Shown: positions 28,098 through 37,760 of the stretch, piece by piece
How positions within the stretch are numbered: position 1 is the first letter of the stretch
Layout: each line of letters begins with the position of its first letter
From: Minisyncoccia bacterium
GTDB lineage: Bacteria; Patescibacteriota; Minisyncoccia; Phycocordibacterales; UBA9973
Direction of reading: 5' to 3'
Assembly: GCA_041737125.1 (NCBI GenBank)
Contig: JBGSSJ010000014.1
Span: 68,375-132,374 of the forward strand
Length of the DNA: 64,000 bases
Notes under the pieces: generated by a model
Seen by the model: only the letters and a program-made list of their open reading frames with translations
The model's database searches: none
Told to the model about the DNA's origin: nothing
Translations under genes and position numbers: made by a program

Positions 28098-28859
28098 TTA
28101 AAGTTTAGGAAAATCTTCTTCAGGTAAAGGCAAAGAATTATTTATTCTAAATGAAATAAATCTATCAATAATCATCCAGCTTCTTTTAAGTATTCCTCTC
28201 CTCTCTTCGCCACTTAATAGAATACCTATATGTCCATGTCTAATTTTTTTCATTTCGTCTGAATAAATTATTTGAATGAAATCGTCAGTTATCCTTAATG
28301 TTTCTTTAAATTTTATCCACGCTTTTTCTTCTTTTTCATATGGATATAATGAATTTCTTAGCCTTTCAATAGCCCGATGACATCCCGATATATCAGTAGT
28401 GCCGTCTCTTAAATTAGGGACTATTTAAGATATTGATAAAAAAAGCTGAGGTTCTTTCCTTACCAAGTTAAGTGCTAAGTGAAAACCGCTTGTATTTTCA
28501 ATAGAGAAAGATTTACAACTATCTTTTAAATACCCATTTTTTGAAAAATTACATTCTATGTTATTTGGAGTGATTACTCTATTTAAAAAAACATCAAAAT
28601 AAATACCAAGAGAAAAACTATATAGCTGAACAATTGTACGTACAAAATCTGAAGCATAATCCAAATAATAGCCTAAATTTTCTTCTTTATATAGATCGAT
28701 TTCACAGCGAACTGTTACAATAGAATTTTCTATGCTTATCAAATAACTAATTGTTTGATTAATTGGTTGAATTGTATAAATTATTTTTGGTATTTCTTTT
28801 ACAATTAAAATTTTTTCATCATTAGGGAATATTCGTCCTGTAAATTTGAATGTTTGCAT
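28098..28859 (-). pseudogene. Hypothetical 254-codon gene interrupted by one in-frame TAA (28425-28427); possible HEPN-like C-terminus
   Basis: The same frame continues after the stop (..CHRAIERLRN..AWIKFKETL..KIRHGH..RSWMIIDRF..FPKL*). Confidence 0.7.
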
Positions 28860-29015
28860 GTTTATTGTGAATTAAGATAACATCCTCCAGATTCCTTTTC
28901 TTATTGCTAATTTTATATACAAAGCTGGCGTCTTTGAGCCAGAACGGTGCTCGGTCAAGCCCTGCAAGGACATTTTCAATACTTTTAGACCATGATTTCG
29001 ACGATCTTTGAGCAC

Positions 29016-29186
29016 CTATAAAGTTACCTCGTTTCCATGTCCGTCTAACACCACTCCTTTTGGAAGCTTATACAGATCAGGGTTCTGCTTCTTATCCATT
29101 TTGATCAGCAGATCAAACAGACCAACGACTCTATCTCGTTCTTCCTCAGTCCAGTTATTAGGATTTTTCTTATCTTCTTGATTCAT
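29016..29186 (-). CDS. Small hypothetical protein
   Basis: MNQEDKK..VGLFDLLIKMDKKQNPDLYK. Confidence 0.6.
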   Translation of the reverse strand: MNQEDKKNPNNWTEEERDRVVGLFDLLIKMDKKQNPDLYKLPKGVVLDGHGNEVTL

Positions 29187-29243
29187 AAAAAGTGACAAAA
29201 GTGACACGGATTAGGCTTATAAAATTACAGTCATGTGTCACTT

Positions 29244-29969
29244 TCAACCTAGTGGATGATTCTTCATATCCTCCTCCGCTTTCTTTGGGTTTGTAGCAAA
29301 AAACACTTGCCCAATATACCCAGGTTCATCAATCAGCATAATGCCACCATCCAGATCGTATTTAGTGCAGACTTCTTTCAAGCTCATTAGTGTAATGACA
29401 CAAGTGTCTGCTCTGACTATTCTCTTCAAGTTCTCAACAAAAGGTCTCTTCTCTTTAAAATCAATCTTTGATGGTCTGTACGTTGGGTGAATAAACTCTG
29501 ACAACCTTTGATATGACGTTAGGTATTGGGACTCAGAATTTACGGCTGTAAACTTCTCACGAATCTTAGTCTCCTTGTAGCCTTTCAGTTGCTCCTTAAA
29601 AAATTCATACATTTCCTTTGCCTCAGGTGTGTATTCATCTAGTGCTTCGAACTTTTTCGCCATGCCTTTGACTTGTGTCAGCTTAAAGTTTGTCGCTCTC
29701 TTTTCAGTGTCCTCCTTGTAGATGTATTGGAGATTGATTGAGTTTTCTAAGATTGATCTAGATAGCTTTATACACCCCTCAAAATCATTTCTCATGATCA
29801 ACGTGTCCATTGATTCAAATATCCCAATGAACTCTTCTATAGAAAATTTGGTCACATCAAAAACGTCCTCGGGTATGGATTTCCGCTTTTCCTGAATCTG
29901 CTCCAGATGATCCTGAAGAATCGACTTCATGGCTCCGAACACTGTCTTTTTCTTGAAGAGGTTAAACAT
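29244..29969 (-). CDS. DUF5677-like (HEPN-related) protein
   Basis: LSRSILENSINLQYI and YQRLSEFIHP motifs. Confidence 0.6.
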   Translation of the reverse strand: MFNLFKKKTVFGAMKSILQDHLEQIQEKRKSIPEDVFDVTKFSIEEFIGIFESMDTLIMRNDFEGCIKLSRSILENSINLQYIYKEDTEKRATNFKLTQVKGMAKKFEALDEYTPEAKEMYEFFKEQLKGYKETKIREKFTAVNSESQYLTSYQRLSEFIHPTYRPSKIDFKEKRPFVENLKRIVRADTCVITLMSLKEVCTKYDLDGGIMLIDEPGYIGQVFFATNPKKAEEDMKNHPLG

Positions 29970-29983
29970 TGTTTTACTATTAA

Positions 29984-30136
29984 TTACTTTCCGTTAGTCT
30001 TTTCAAATTTCTCTAGCTCCTGTTTGATCACATTCCTACAAAGGACTTCGAGGTAATTCAATCTTTTCAATATCTGTTCTTCGGTACTTGTTTCGTCAGA
30101 CATTATTTTCCTATACTCCTCTATAGAGATCGACAT
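29984..30136 (-). CDS. Small hypothetical protein
   Basis: MSISIEEYRKIMSD..QILKRLNYLEVLCRNVIKQEL; abuts the upstream gene. Confidence 0.6.
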   Translation of the reverse strand: MSISIEEYRKIMSDETSTEEQILKRLNYLEVLCRNVIKQELEKFEKTNGK

Positions 30137-30137
30137 G

Positions 30138-30929
30138 TTAAATGAGTACGATAAGTTGAAGTATGAATCCACTAAGAAGTAGTACGCCTCCAATAACACC
30201 CCATTTTCTTTGAGTCAGACGATCTTGAACTTGCGGTAGTTTTAGATTCTCTTCATCAGTACCACCCCAACGAGAAACACCCAATCGTAGTGCTTCTTTT
30301 TGAGAAATAAACAAACCTTTTGCAAAAGCGATACTTCCTAGAAAGCTCAATGTGAGTCCAGCGATATTTAAGTACCCATCAATACCAGTCAATTGAACTG
30401 TAGGTATATCAAAGAAACCAGACAAAGCTGACCACGGGATAACCGACAGGATCAATGCGAGATAAATAACGATGAATATTTTTGGAACATATAATTCGAT
30501 GTGACTGAACGGCCAGTAAACTTTCTTATCTTCTCCACGACCCAACATTTCCCATTCCGTATCGTACAGAGCAAGTGGTAGTCGCATTTCAATCGCGTGG
30601 ACTACTTTGAATTTCGCACTGTTCAGCCCCTTGTATGATGCGATGATTCTGTACCACAAGTAACAGATGGTTATACCTGCAATCGAAGATACACCAAGCA
30701 TAAGACTTATTTCGGACTGACTTGTCTTTGTTGCAATAAATCCCAAAAGAGCAACAAGTGCGGTATTCAAACCAAGAAAGAACTCGTTAGTCTTTTGTCT
30801 GCGATCACTTATCTTCTCAGTAGCGTTGATATAAATCTTGTACTGATCCAAAAGGTGCTCAATATACTTATCACCGTATTTTTCCGATGCAGAGATAAAT
30901 AATATTTTTTCAATATCTTCTTTTTGCAT
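30138..30929 (-). CDS. Membrane effector-like protein (RipA/8xMP-like N-terminal part plus extra TM hairpin)
   Basis: YKIY..ISDRRQKTNEFF, two TMs, WYRIIASYKGLNSAKFKVV..E..LP..EW; 3-nt gap after the TIR gene. Confidence 0.65.
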   Translation of the reverse strand: MQKEDIEKILFISASEKYGDKYIEHLLDQYKIYINATEKISDRRQKTNEFFLGLNTALVALLGFIATKTSQSEISLMLGVSSIAGITICYLWYRIIASYKGLNSAKFKVVHAIEMRLPLALYDTEWEMLGRGEDKKVYWPFSHIELYVPKIFIVIYLALILSVIPWSALSGFFDIPTVQLTGIDGYLNIAGLTLSFLGSIAFAKGLFISQKEALRLGVSRWGGTDEENLKLPQVQDRLTQRKWGVIGGVLLLSGFILQLIVLI

Positions 30930-30932
30930 AAA

Positions 30933-31340
30933 TTATGACAGCTCACGGATACCAGCCACGATAGAACTTGTGTTCCATTTGACTATTTTGTCCGCATTTT
31001 TCTTTACGACCAATGATGTTTTTTCACTCGCCCAAGGTTCGATAGCAAGAATCGGTTTCGGATTTGTGAACCCTTTTGCAAGTGCAATCTCTTTATTAAT
31101 CCAATCGCTGTAACTTGAGTATACTCCCGCAAGAATTATGATCACATCACAAAAACGCATCTGATCTTGTATAGCTCGTGATAAAGCAATAGAGCTTGGA
31201 GCGTTGTGAATGGGATCATTCTTCGGTACAGAATAGTCCTTAAAATTAAATCGTGGGTCTGCGTTGAGCATTTTAATGAGCTTATCGTATGCATCACCGT
31301 ACGCCCAAGAGTGACTTATGAATATGTTGTAGTGTCTCAT
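30933..31340 (-). CDS. TIR-domain protein (ThsB / DUF1863-like)
   Basis: IFISHSW, DYSVP, SDWINKEI with the catalytic Glu. Confidence 0.9.
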   Translation of the reverse strand: MRHYNIFISHSWAYGDAYDKLIKMLNADPRFNFKDYSVPKNDPIHNAPSSIALSRAIQDQMRFCDVIIILAGVYSSYSDWINKEIALAKGFTNPKPILAIEPWASEKTSLVVKKNADKIVKWNTSSIVAGIRELS

Positions 31341-31343
31341 ATA

Positions 31344-32285
31344 TTATATCTTTCCCTCCTTAACTAACCTCCAATAATGGTAACCGAGCGCCGTTAACTT
31401 ACATGTCTTTGAATTTTGAGCAACATAATACATATGCTCCTCTCCCACAGGCATCACCAAACCTATGCTCACCAACTTCTGCAGATTTTTTAGTATCGCG
31501 ACTTTTTCAGGAACAGCGATATCCTTATTATCAAATTCATAGGTTGGATCGAGTTGATACTCTTGCTCTGGTACCGAAAAATACTCCGTCATCTTTCTTA
31601 AGACTTCTACTGGTACCTGCGGACTAATGGTTCGCAAAGAAGTGAATCTTGTGACATTTGTTTTAAAAACTGGTCGCTGATCCCATGGACCAAGAGCTTG
31701 ATCAATATAGGCGTAGACACTGCCTGGTGTTATGTGACCACGCAAATCCGCCGCACCCCCTTGTAGTGCGTCAATAAGTAAATTAGTGAAGATGCCATGA
31801 CCATTAACCTCAATAGCACTTTCCGCAGACCTGCTCGCAGTCAGAATTACTACACCTTCGATTATTTGAGCAGAACCATTTCCAATTATCGCAGGAGATC
31901 CAAATGCTCCAGAATGACAACAATCCAAAATTATCACCTTATCTTTCGCTTTGGATTTATTTGCCAAAGTAAGTATTTCGTCCATTGAAACACCCTCATC
32001 ATTCTGCTGGTAATCTGGTGTCACTATATAACCACCAAGATCATTGAAGAATCCGTGACCTGAAAAGTAAAACAAGGCAATGTCACTATCACCCTCAAAC
32101 AATTCTCTGACCATGGTTTTTAGCTGTGACTTTGTTGTAACATCAGTCTCCAATTTCACGGCAAAATTAGGAGCGCCGTCACCATTCTTCTCAATTGTGG
32201 TAGCAAAGGCTGTGGCATCATTAACACACCCCTTAAGAGGTGCTGTTGGATAGTTATTTATACCGATAACAAGTGCCTTTCTCAT
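31344..32285 (-). CDS. Caspase-like protease (peptidase C14)
   Basis: RKALVIGIN, LKGCVNDA, FYFSGHG (His), ILDCCHSG (Cys). Confidence 0.95.
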   Translation of the reverse strand: MRKALVIGINNYPTAPLKGCVNDATAFATTIEKNGDGAPNFAVKLETDVTTKSQLKTMVRELFEGDSDIALFYFSGHGFFNDLGGYIVTPDYQQNDEGVSMDEILTLANKSKAKDKVIILDCCHSGAFGSPAIIGNGSAQIIEGVVILTASRSAESAIEVNGHGIFTNLLIDALQGGAADLRGHITPGSVYAYIDQALGPWDQRPVFKTNVTRFTSLRTISPQVPVEVLRKMTEYFSVPEQEYQLDPTYEFDNKDIAVPEKVAILKNLQKLVSIGLVMPVGEEHMYYVAQNSKTCKLTALGYHYWRLVKEGKI

Positions 32286-32289
32286 GTTG

Positions 32290-32661
32290 TTAAAGTTTGC
32301 TCAAGAATGATTTTATGTTTGTCCAACTCCAAACATTAATAAGTCGTGTGTTCAGAGGATATGAAAGTGTAGGACGATCACTGGTTGAGTACATCAACAT
32401 TGTCGGGATCTTTTCTTCCTCTGCGGTTTTAATTTCAAATAGCTGACCTGTTGCTGATGGCGTATTTTTACTTATGAGTGCAATAACGCCGTCACAGCCT
32501 TTGATTTTTGTTCGACACTTCGATTCCCAGTCTGTCTCCCATGGTGTCTTTACAGACATATCAACAAACTCAAATGGTGAGTTGTCGTTTTTTGCTTGCC
32601 CTACAAGAAAATCTCGAGATGTCTTGTCTTCAATAGCGAATGCGATAAATATTCTTTTCAT
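32290..32661 (-). CDS. Short TIR-domain protein
   Basis: RIFIAFAIED, FVDMSVKTPW, CDGVIALIS, GQLFEI (Glu); ATG at 32661. Confidence 0.82.
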   Translation of the reverse strand: MKRIFIAFAIEDKTSRDFLVGQAKNDNSPFEFVDMSVKTPWETDWESKCRTKIKGCDGVIALISKNTPSATGQLFEIKTAEEEKIPTMLMYSTSDRPTLSYPLNTRLINVWSWTNIKSFLSKL

Positions 32662-32665
32662 AATT

Positions 32666-33283
32666 TTAATAGAGATCTCCGGGAAGTACCGCAACTACTA
32701 CTCCTTGGATCATGCAGTTATCTGTTAATACGATCGGCTTGTAGGTTTTGTTGCTCGACTTTGGTCTGAGAACAACTACGCCGTCTGCCTTTTCAAAAAC
32801 CTTCACAGTAGCCTCGTCATTGATGAGTGCAACTACTTTGTCTCCGTCCTGTGCAGTATCTTGCTGACGAATCAGTAAGAGATCGCCACTGTCGATACCT
32901 GCCTCATTCATTGAGTCGCCAACCGCACGCAGAATAAAATACTTTGAACCTTTCTTTGCCAGACCTGTAGAGACTGGGATATAGGTTTGTATATTCTCTT
33001 CTGCAAGCGCTGGAGTACCGCAGGTAACAGCTCCGATCAGAGGAACATTCACAGTGCTTACTGAAGCTACCGACTGTGTACCAATGATCACGAGCTGTCT
33101 CCCGATCTTCTTTACCAATCCTGCTTCGATCAAACGATCAATCACAAGACTAGCGGAGCGTGGAGATTTTCCTCCCGTTACCTCGTTTATTTCACGAAGC
33201 GATGGGCTTTCACCATAATGGATAATCTTGTTGCGGATAAGGGCAAAAGCTTTTTTGTCTTTGTCACTAAGGTTATTTGTCAT
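32666..33283 (-). CDS. LexA-like repressor (S24 peptidase)
   Basis: wHTH PSLREI; VPLIGAVTCG cleavage loop; GDSM Ser; ATVK Lys; ATG at 33283. Confidence 0.9.
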   Translation of the reverse strand: MTNNLSDKDKKAFALIRNKIIHYGESPSLREINEVTGGKSPRSASLVIDRLIEAGLVKKIGRQLVIIGTQSVASVSTVNVPLIGAVTCGTPALAEENIQTYIPVSTGLAKKGSKYFILRAVGDSMNEAGIDSGDLLLIRQQDTAQDGDKVVALINDEATVKVFEKADGVVVLRPKSSNKTYKPIVLTDNCMIQGVVVAVLPGDLY

Positions 33284-33292
33284 GGTATAAAC

Positions 33293-33321
33293 AGTATAAA
33301 ATATCGTATACAAAAAAGCAA
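33293..33321 (-). promoter_or_regulatory. Sigma70-like promoter of the lexA-TIR-caspase operon
   Basis: TTGCTT-17 nt-TATACT ending 9 nt before the ATG; three TATAC repeats overlap it. Confidence 0.55.
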
Positions 33322-33607
33322 GACTCCCTACTGAGGGGGAGAACACTGTCAAGGATTCTTTTGACTCTTCCACTTTTAAAGCGTCAGAATCTTCACGACT
33401 GCAAATAACTCAAAGAACGTTTATATCCTTTATTACAAGGATATTTTTATGCTGACGCATTCAGCGTGCGTACACGCAGGAGCTTGCACATTACTTTCCC
33501 CAAAAATCCAAACGCACTTTCTTAGTATCGTGACTATGTAACACAGTGCTGTCATTTTCTAGAGATGACACCCCTGATTACATCATTATCACTAATTCAC
33601 ACACATT

Positions 33608-34888
33608 ATGAAAAAAGAAACATTGGAATGGATTTCAGGAATTGAGGACGTTAAAAAGTTAAAGCCTTGGAAAGACAATCCCAGGGACATAACGAATGCA
33701 GGGTTTGAAAGATTGAAAGACAGAATCAGACTGCGTGGTTTTCACAGTTCGATAGTTGTTGATATTGATAACACCATCCTCTCAGGAAACATGAGATGGC
33801 GGGCACTTAATGCACTCGGTATTAAAAGGGTCAATATTCTCAGACCGAATAGAAAACTAACGAACGAGGAGCGAAAAAAGATTGCACTCGAAAGTAATTT
33901 GAACGACGGCGAGTGGAACATGGAAGCCTTGAAGTCATTTAACTTGGAGCTACTGACTGATGTCGGGTTCGATCAGATGAAGCTCGTGGAGTTCTGGGAC
34001 AAGGATGCGAAGGTTGCGAATGAACCTTTTGATCTTGAGAAAGAAATCAAGATTGCTCAGAAGACTGATATTAAACACGGGAACATGTATCAGCTCGGTC
34101 GCCACAGATTAATTTGCAGTGACGCTACGGATCCAAATACCGTCATCAGGTTGATGAACGGAGCAAAGGTAGACCTCATCAATCAAGATCCACCTTTTAA
34201 TATAGGGCTGTCATACGACAAAGGAGTTGGTGGAAAGAAGAGCAACAAGAACTACGGCGGTGGAACGAACGACAACATGAGCGATGAGGGATACAAGGAC
34301 TTCATCAGGAAGATGATCACGAATGCGTTGTCCGTCAGTAAGAAGGACTGTCATGTTGCCTATTGGGCAGATGAGAGGTTCGTCTGGATTTTTCAAACCT
34401 TATACAAAGAATTGGGTGTCGCTTCCAAGAGACTTCTCATATGGGTTAAGAACAATGCGAGTCCGACACCTAGAACTGCTTTTAACAAAGCAACGGAATA
34501 CATTATCTATGGCACAGTTGGCTCTCCGTACCTTTCTCCAAATGTCCACAATGCCAATGAAATAATAAATCCCGATACGACAACGGGAAATGATCTGCTC
34601 GACGAGTTGAGTAACATCATTCTCCAAAAGAGATTGCCGAGCAACCAATATAATCACCCCACACAAAAGGATCCTCAGGTGCACACCAAGATACTCAAAC
34701 GCTGTACCAAGATCGGTGATGTGGTGCTTGATCTAACCGCTGGTTCTGGAAGTATCATGTCCGCCTGTGAGCAGTTAGGCAGAGTCGCCTACATGTGTGA
34801 CTACGAGCCTATTTTCTGCCAAGTAATCCTGAATAGATACAAGAAGATGACTGGACTTAATCCTGTACAGATATATGAAGAAAAATAA
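33608..34888 (+). CDS. ParB-like domain + N4/N6 DNA methyltransferase (phage type)
   Basis: LKPWKDNPR..ILSGNMR (ParB); DPPFN, HPTQKD, VLDLTAGSGS. Confidence 0.88.
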   Translation: MKKETLEWISGIEDVKKLKPWKDNPRDITNAGFERLKDRIRLRGFHSSIVVDIDNTILSGNMRWRALNALGIKRVNILRPNRKLTNEERKKIALESNLNDGEWNMEALKSFNLELLTDVGFDQMKLVEFWDKDAKVANEPFDLEKEIKIAQKTDIKHGNMYQLGRHRLICSDATDPNTVIRLMNGAKVDLINQDPPFNIGLSYDKGVGGKKSNKNYGGGTNDNMSDEGYKDFIRKMITNALSVSKKDCHVAYWADERFVWIFQTLYKELGVASKRLLIWVKNNASPTPRTAFNKATEYIIYGTVGSPYLSPNVHNANEIINPDTTTGNDLLDELSNIILQKRLPSNQYNHPTQKDPQVHTKILKRCTKIGDVVLDLTAGSGSIMSACEQLGRVAYMCDYEPIFCQVILNRYKKMTGLNPVQIYEEK

Positions 34889-35264
34889 GATACAGGATAA
34901 ATTTTTTGAAGAACTCAAAACTATCCCGATCGTTCAGGTCGCTTGTGAAAAATCAGGGGTTTCCAGAAACAGCGTGTATCGTTGGAAGAAAGAAGATAAG
35001 TCGTTCTCAAAGAAAATGGATCAGGCGCTTGCTGACGGCGTGGCATTCGTGAGTGATATGAGTGAAAGCCAGCTCCTCACGCTAATCAAAGAAAAGAGTT
35101 TCCCTGCACTTAGCTTTTGGCTACGGCACAGGAATGACAACTACAAAACCAAGGTCGAAGTATCGGGATCAATATCAACAAAAGAAGATCCGCTCACCAA
35201 AGAACAGAAGAATCTCGTACGGCAAGCACTGAAATTATCTTCTCTCAAACACCATGAGAAATGA
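34875..35264 (+). CDS. Putative terminase small subunit (HTH)
   Basis: IVQVACEKSGVSRNSVYRWKKED; overlaps the terL start. Confidence 0.7.
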   Translation: MKKNKIQDKFFEELKTIPIVQVACEKSGVSRNSVYRWKKEDKSFSKKMDQALADGVAFVSDMSESQLLTLIKEKSFPALSFWLRHRNDNYKTKVEVSGSISTKEDPLTKEQKNLVRQALKLSSLKHHEK

Positions 35265-36696
35265 AAGTAAGCAGATCTTCGAGCGAGTCCTGAAAGATCA
35301 GCGGTTTCGGCAAGAAGTCGTTAGAAAAAGTTTGGAGTTTTTCTTTCCTATATATCTGCACGAATACATCAAGTACGAAACACCACCCTTTCACAATGAG
35401 ATATTTCGTATTCTTCAAAATGAGAAAAACAAGCTTGCTGTCATCGCTGCATTTCGAGGTTCAGCAAAATCAACTATCGTAACAACCGCATATGTTCTGT
35501 GGTCTATCTTAGGAGTACAACAAAAAAAGTTCATCATCGTATGTTCACAGACTGAAGCAAAAGCAAGACAACATCTGAACAATATTAAATATCAACTTCT
35601 CAATAATGAACTCTTAAAGAAAGACCTTGGACCATTCGAAGAAGAGAAGAATAATCTTGGGAATGCCACTGCTCTGATTATTAAACGAATGAATGTGAAG
35701 ATTATGATCTGCTCCATTGAGCAGAGTATTCGTGGTATGCGACATAATGAGCATCGTCCTGATCTTATTATTCTCGATGACATTGAAGATATGAACTCAG
35801 TCAAAACAAAGGAGGGTCGAAACAAAACATTTGACTGGCTCACTGGCGATATTATCCCTGCAGGTACCCGAAAGACTCGGATCATCGCTATCGGCAACCT
35901 GCTCCACGAAGACTGTGTATTGAAACGACTGGAGAAGAAGATTGAAAAAGGTGAAGTGAAATTAATGAATGGTATCTATCGCGAGTATCCAATTATAGAC
36001 AACAAAGGCAACGCACTTTGGGCTGGTAAATACCCAACCACTGAATCTATTGAGGAAGAGCGAGAAAAGGCTCTGAACGATATTGCGTGGCATCGAGAGT
36101 ACCTACTCAAGATCATTTCAAGCGATGAGCAGATCGTAAAACCAGAATGGATAAAGTTGTATGACAAATTTCAAACTGATGGATTCAGGGGTATCTATAT
36201 TGGCGTAGACTTGGCTATCGGCGAGAAAGAAACGAATGATTGCACAGCTATGGTTATCGGGTATGTCTTTGGTATCGGAAAGAAGATGAAAATATACATC
36301 CGTCCAAAACCATTTAATGCCAGAGTTCCATTTCCTGAGCAAGCTGAGTATTTAGCAAATTTGATTGCAAGGGAAAAAATCACACACAATAGAGTCAAAG
36401 TATACGTCGAGGACGTTGGGTATCAGCGAGCACTTGTGCAGTACTTCGATAGCAACAAGTACGATATCGAAGCTGTGCCAGTTGGCAGAATGAGTAAGTC
36501 ATTGCGACTGCAATTGACCACACCACTCCTCAAAGAAAGTAGAGTTCTCTTTCCAGAGGAAGGGTGCGAAGAACTTATTGAGCAGTTACTTGGATTTGGA
36601 AAAGAAAAGCATGACGATCTGGTCGATGCGTTTTCTTTGCTAGTGATGAAAGTGATCGATAATAACCCGAGTAACGCAGGAATAATATTTGGATAG
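35254..36696 (+). CDS. Phage terminase large subunit
   Basis: Walker A AFRGSAKST, Walker B IILDDIE, nuclease IGVDLA and HDDLVDA. Confidence 0.92.
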   Translation: MRNESKQIFERVLKDQRFRQEVVRKSLEFFFPIYLHEYIKYETPPFHNEIFRILQNEKNKLAVIAAFRGSAKSTIVTTAYVLWSILGVQQKKFIIVCSQTEAKARQHLNNIKYQLLNNELLKKDLGPFEEEKNNLGNATALIIKRMNVKIMICSIEQSIRGMRHNEHRPDLIILDDIEDMNSVKTKEGRNKTFDWLTGDIIPAGTRKTRIIAIGNLLHEDCVLKRLEKKIEKGEVKLMNGIYREYPIIDNKGNALWAGKYPTTESIEEEREKALNDIAWHREYLLKIISSDEQIVKPEWIKLYDKFQTDGFRGIYIGVDLAIGEKETNDCTAMVIGYVFGIGKKMKIYIRPKPFNARVPFPEQAEYLANLIAREKITHNRVKVYVEDVGYQRALVQYFDSNKYDIEAVPVGRMSKSLRLQLTTPLLKESRVLFPEEGCEELIEQLLGFGKEKHDDLVDAFSLLVMKVIDNNPSNAGIIFG

Positions 36697-36700
36697 ATTT

Positions 36701-37618
36701 TTATTCGTTTATCTTAAAAGAGACAATCGCAAGCAGTAGCTCAAAGTCATTCATTGAAATAATAAATGGAGCTTCTTTTCCTTTCTTGAATAGATACAAA
36801 AATCCATCTCTAATATCCAAAGAAGATATTTTATCGTAAGGAATACTAAGATGTTTATTAAGACCAATGTACCCAAGATTATCTGTGGTTAGATATAGAG
36901 TACCTGCATCATCAGTCATCATCACATTCACTTTTTGTGGATTAATTTTGATGTTACCAACTCGATACCTTAATCCCTTGGCGATCTTTATAGATGCAGA
37001 AAAGCCACTATAGTTGTAACTCTTCGTTATTGATTTGTTTTTAACAATAAATGCCTTATTTACACAGTGCAGTTTTTCACCTGCCTTTAAATTGACATTC
37101 AGATTTGGAACATCAATGGTCGGTAGCTTTCCCTCGTCTATTAAATAAAGCGTATGGTATTTATTAAAATCACTTTGATTATACGCAAGATTATCTGTAG
37201 AGAGATTCAGATCAGAATAAATTTTAACAAGCTCTTTTCTCTCGGCTTCTGTAATTCTTGAGTCGTCCGTAATTTTATCAAAGAAAGTTTTGAATCCTAT
37301 GAGATTATATTTTTCGACATCCTTGTCAGACAAATTATGATCTTTTTTAATTCCCTCTAAAACTACCTTGTCGTCTTCTGACAGGTTTCCATCAATCAGT
37401 AATTCTTTGATTTTTTCTGAATATAAACTTAACGCTTTTCTTTTAGGTGATCTAAATACTTTTGTAAATAGAAAATAAACTGCACCTATGGCGATACCTA
37501 TGTAGAGGAGATCTTTAAATAAACTGAAATTGACGATGATTATCGTGAGCACTATAAGAGTAAGTATTATCTGCTTGGCAAGAGATAAATCCTTAAACTT
37601 TTGTAAAAGATTTTTCAT
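36701..37618 (-). CDS. Hypothetical membrane-anchored protein with C-terminal PH-like domain
   Basis: Two N-terminal TMs; DGNLSEDD/DSRITEAE helical repeats; GTLYLTTDNLGYIG..SIPYDKI. Confidence 0.65.
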   Translation of the reverse strand: MKNLLQKFKDLSLAKQIILTLIVLTIIIVNFSLFKDLLYIGIAIGAVYFLFTKVFRSPKRKALSLYSEKIKELLIDGNLSEDDKVVLEGIKKDHNLSDKDVEKYNLIGFKTFFDKITDDSRITEAERKELVKIYSDLNLSTDNLAYNQSDFNKYHTLYLIDEGKLPTIDVPNLNVNLKAGEKLHCVNKAFIVKNKSITKSYNYSGFSASIKIAKGLRYRVGNIKINPQKVNVMMTDDAGTLYLTTDNLGYIGLNKHLSIPYDKISSLDIRDGFLYLFKKGKEAPFIISMNDFELLLAIVSFKINE

Positions 37619-37658
37619 TAACTTTGGACGGTTTTTCTAATAATGAACTGGGCAGGTA

Positions 37659-37760
37659 GCAAAAAACTCCTAGCCAGATCCGACATACCCCGTGAGGTAT
37701 GCCCACATCAGTTTCCCGATGTGACCGTCCAAAGTAGACCCCTGACTAGGAGATCTTTGC
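37659..37760 (-). ncRNA. C4/CI-like antisense RNA in the leader of 36701-37618
   Basis: Three-way junction with a GAAA-capped hairpin; its internal CTTTGGACGG is complementary to CCGTCCAAAG at 37760-37769 and 37622-37631. Confidence 0.65.

Noticed and set aside
28425-28427. Stop-codon reassignment or selenocysteine readthrough
   Set aside because: The internal stop is TAA; TGA ends normal genes (prfB, tmk) and RF2 is present, so code 11 applies.
33374-33607. Riboswitch in the lexA / ParB-methylase intergenic region
   Set aside because: Several short hairpins are present but none matches a family I recognise, and no alternative pairing is evident.
33608-36696. Intact prophage
   Set aside because: No portal, capsid, tail or lysis gene is recognisable in the window.
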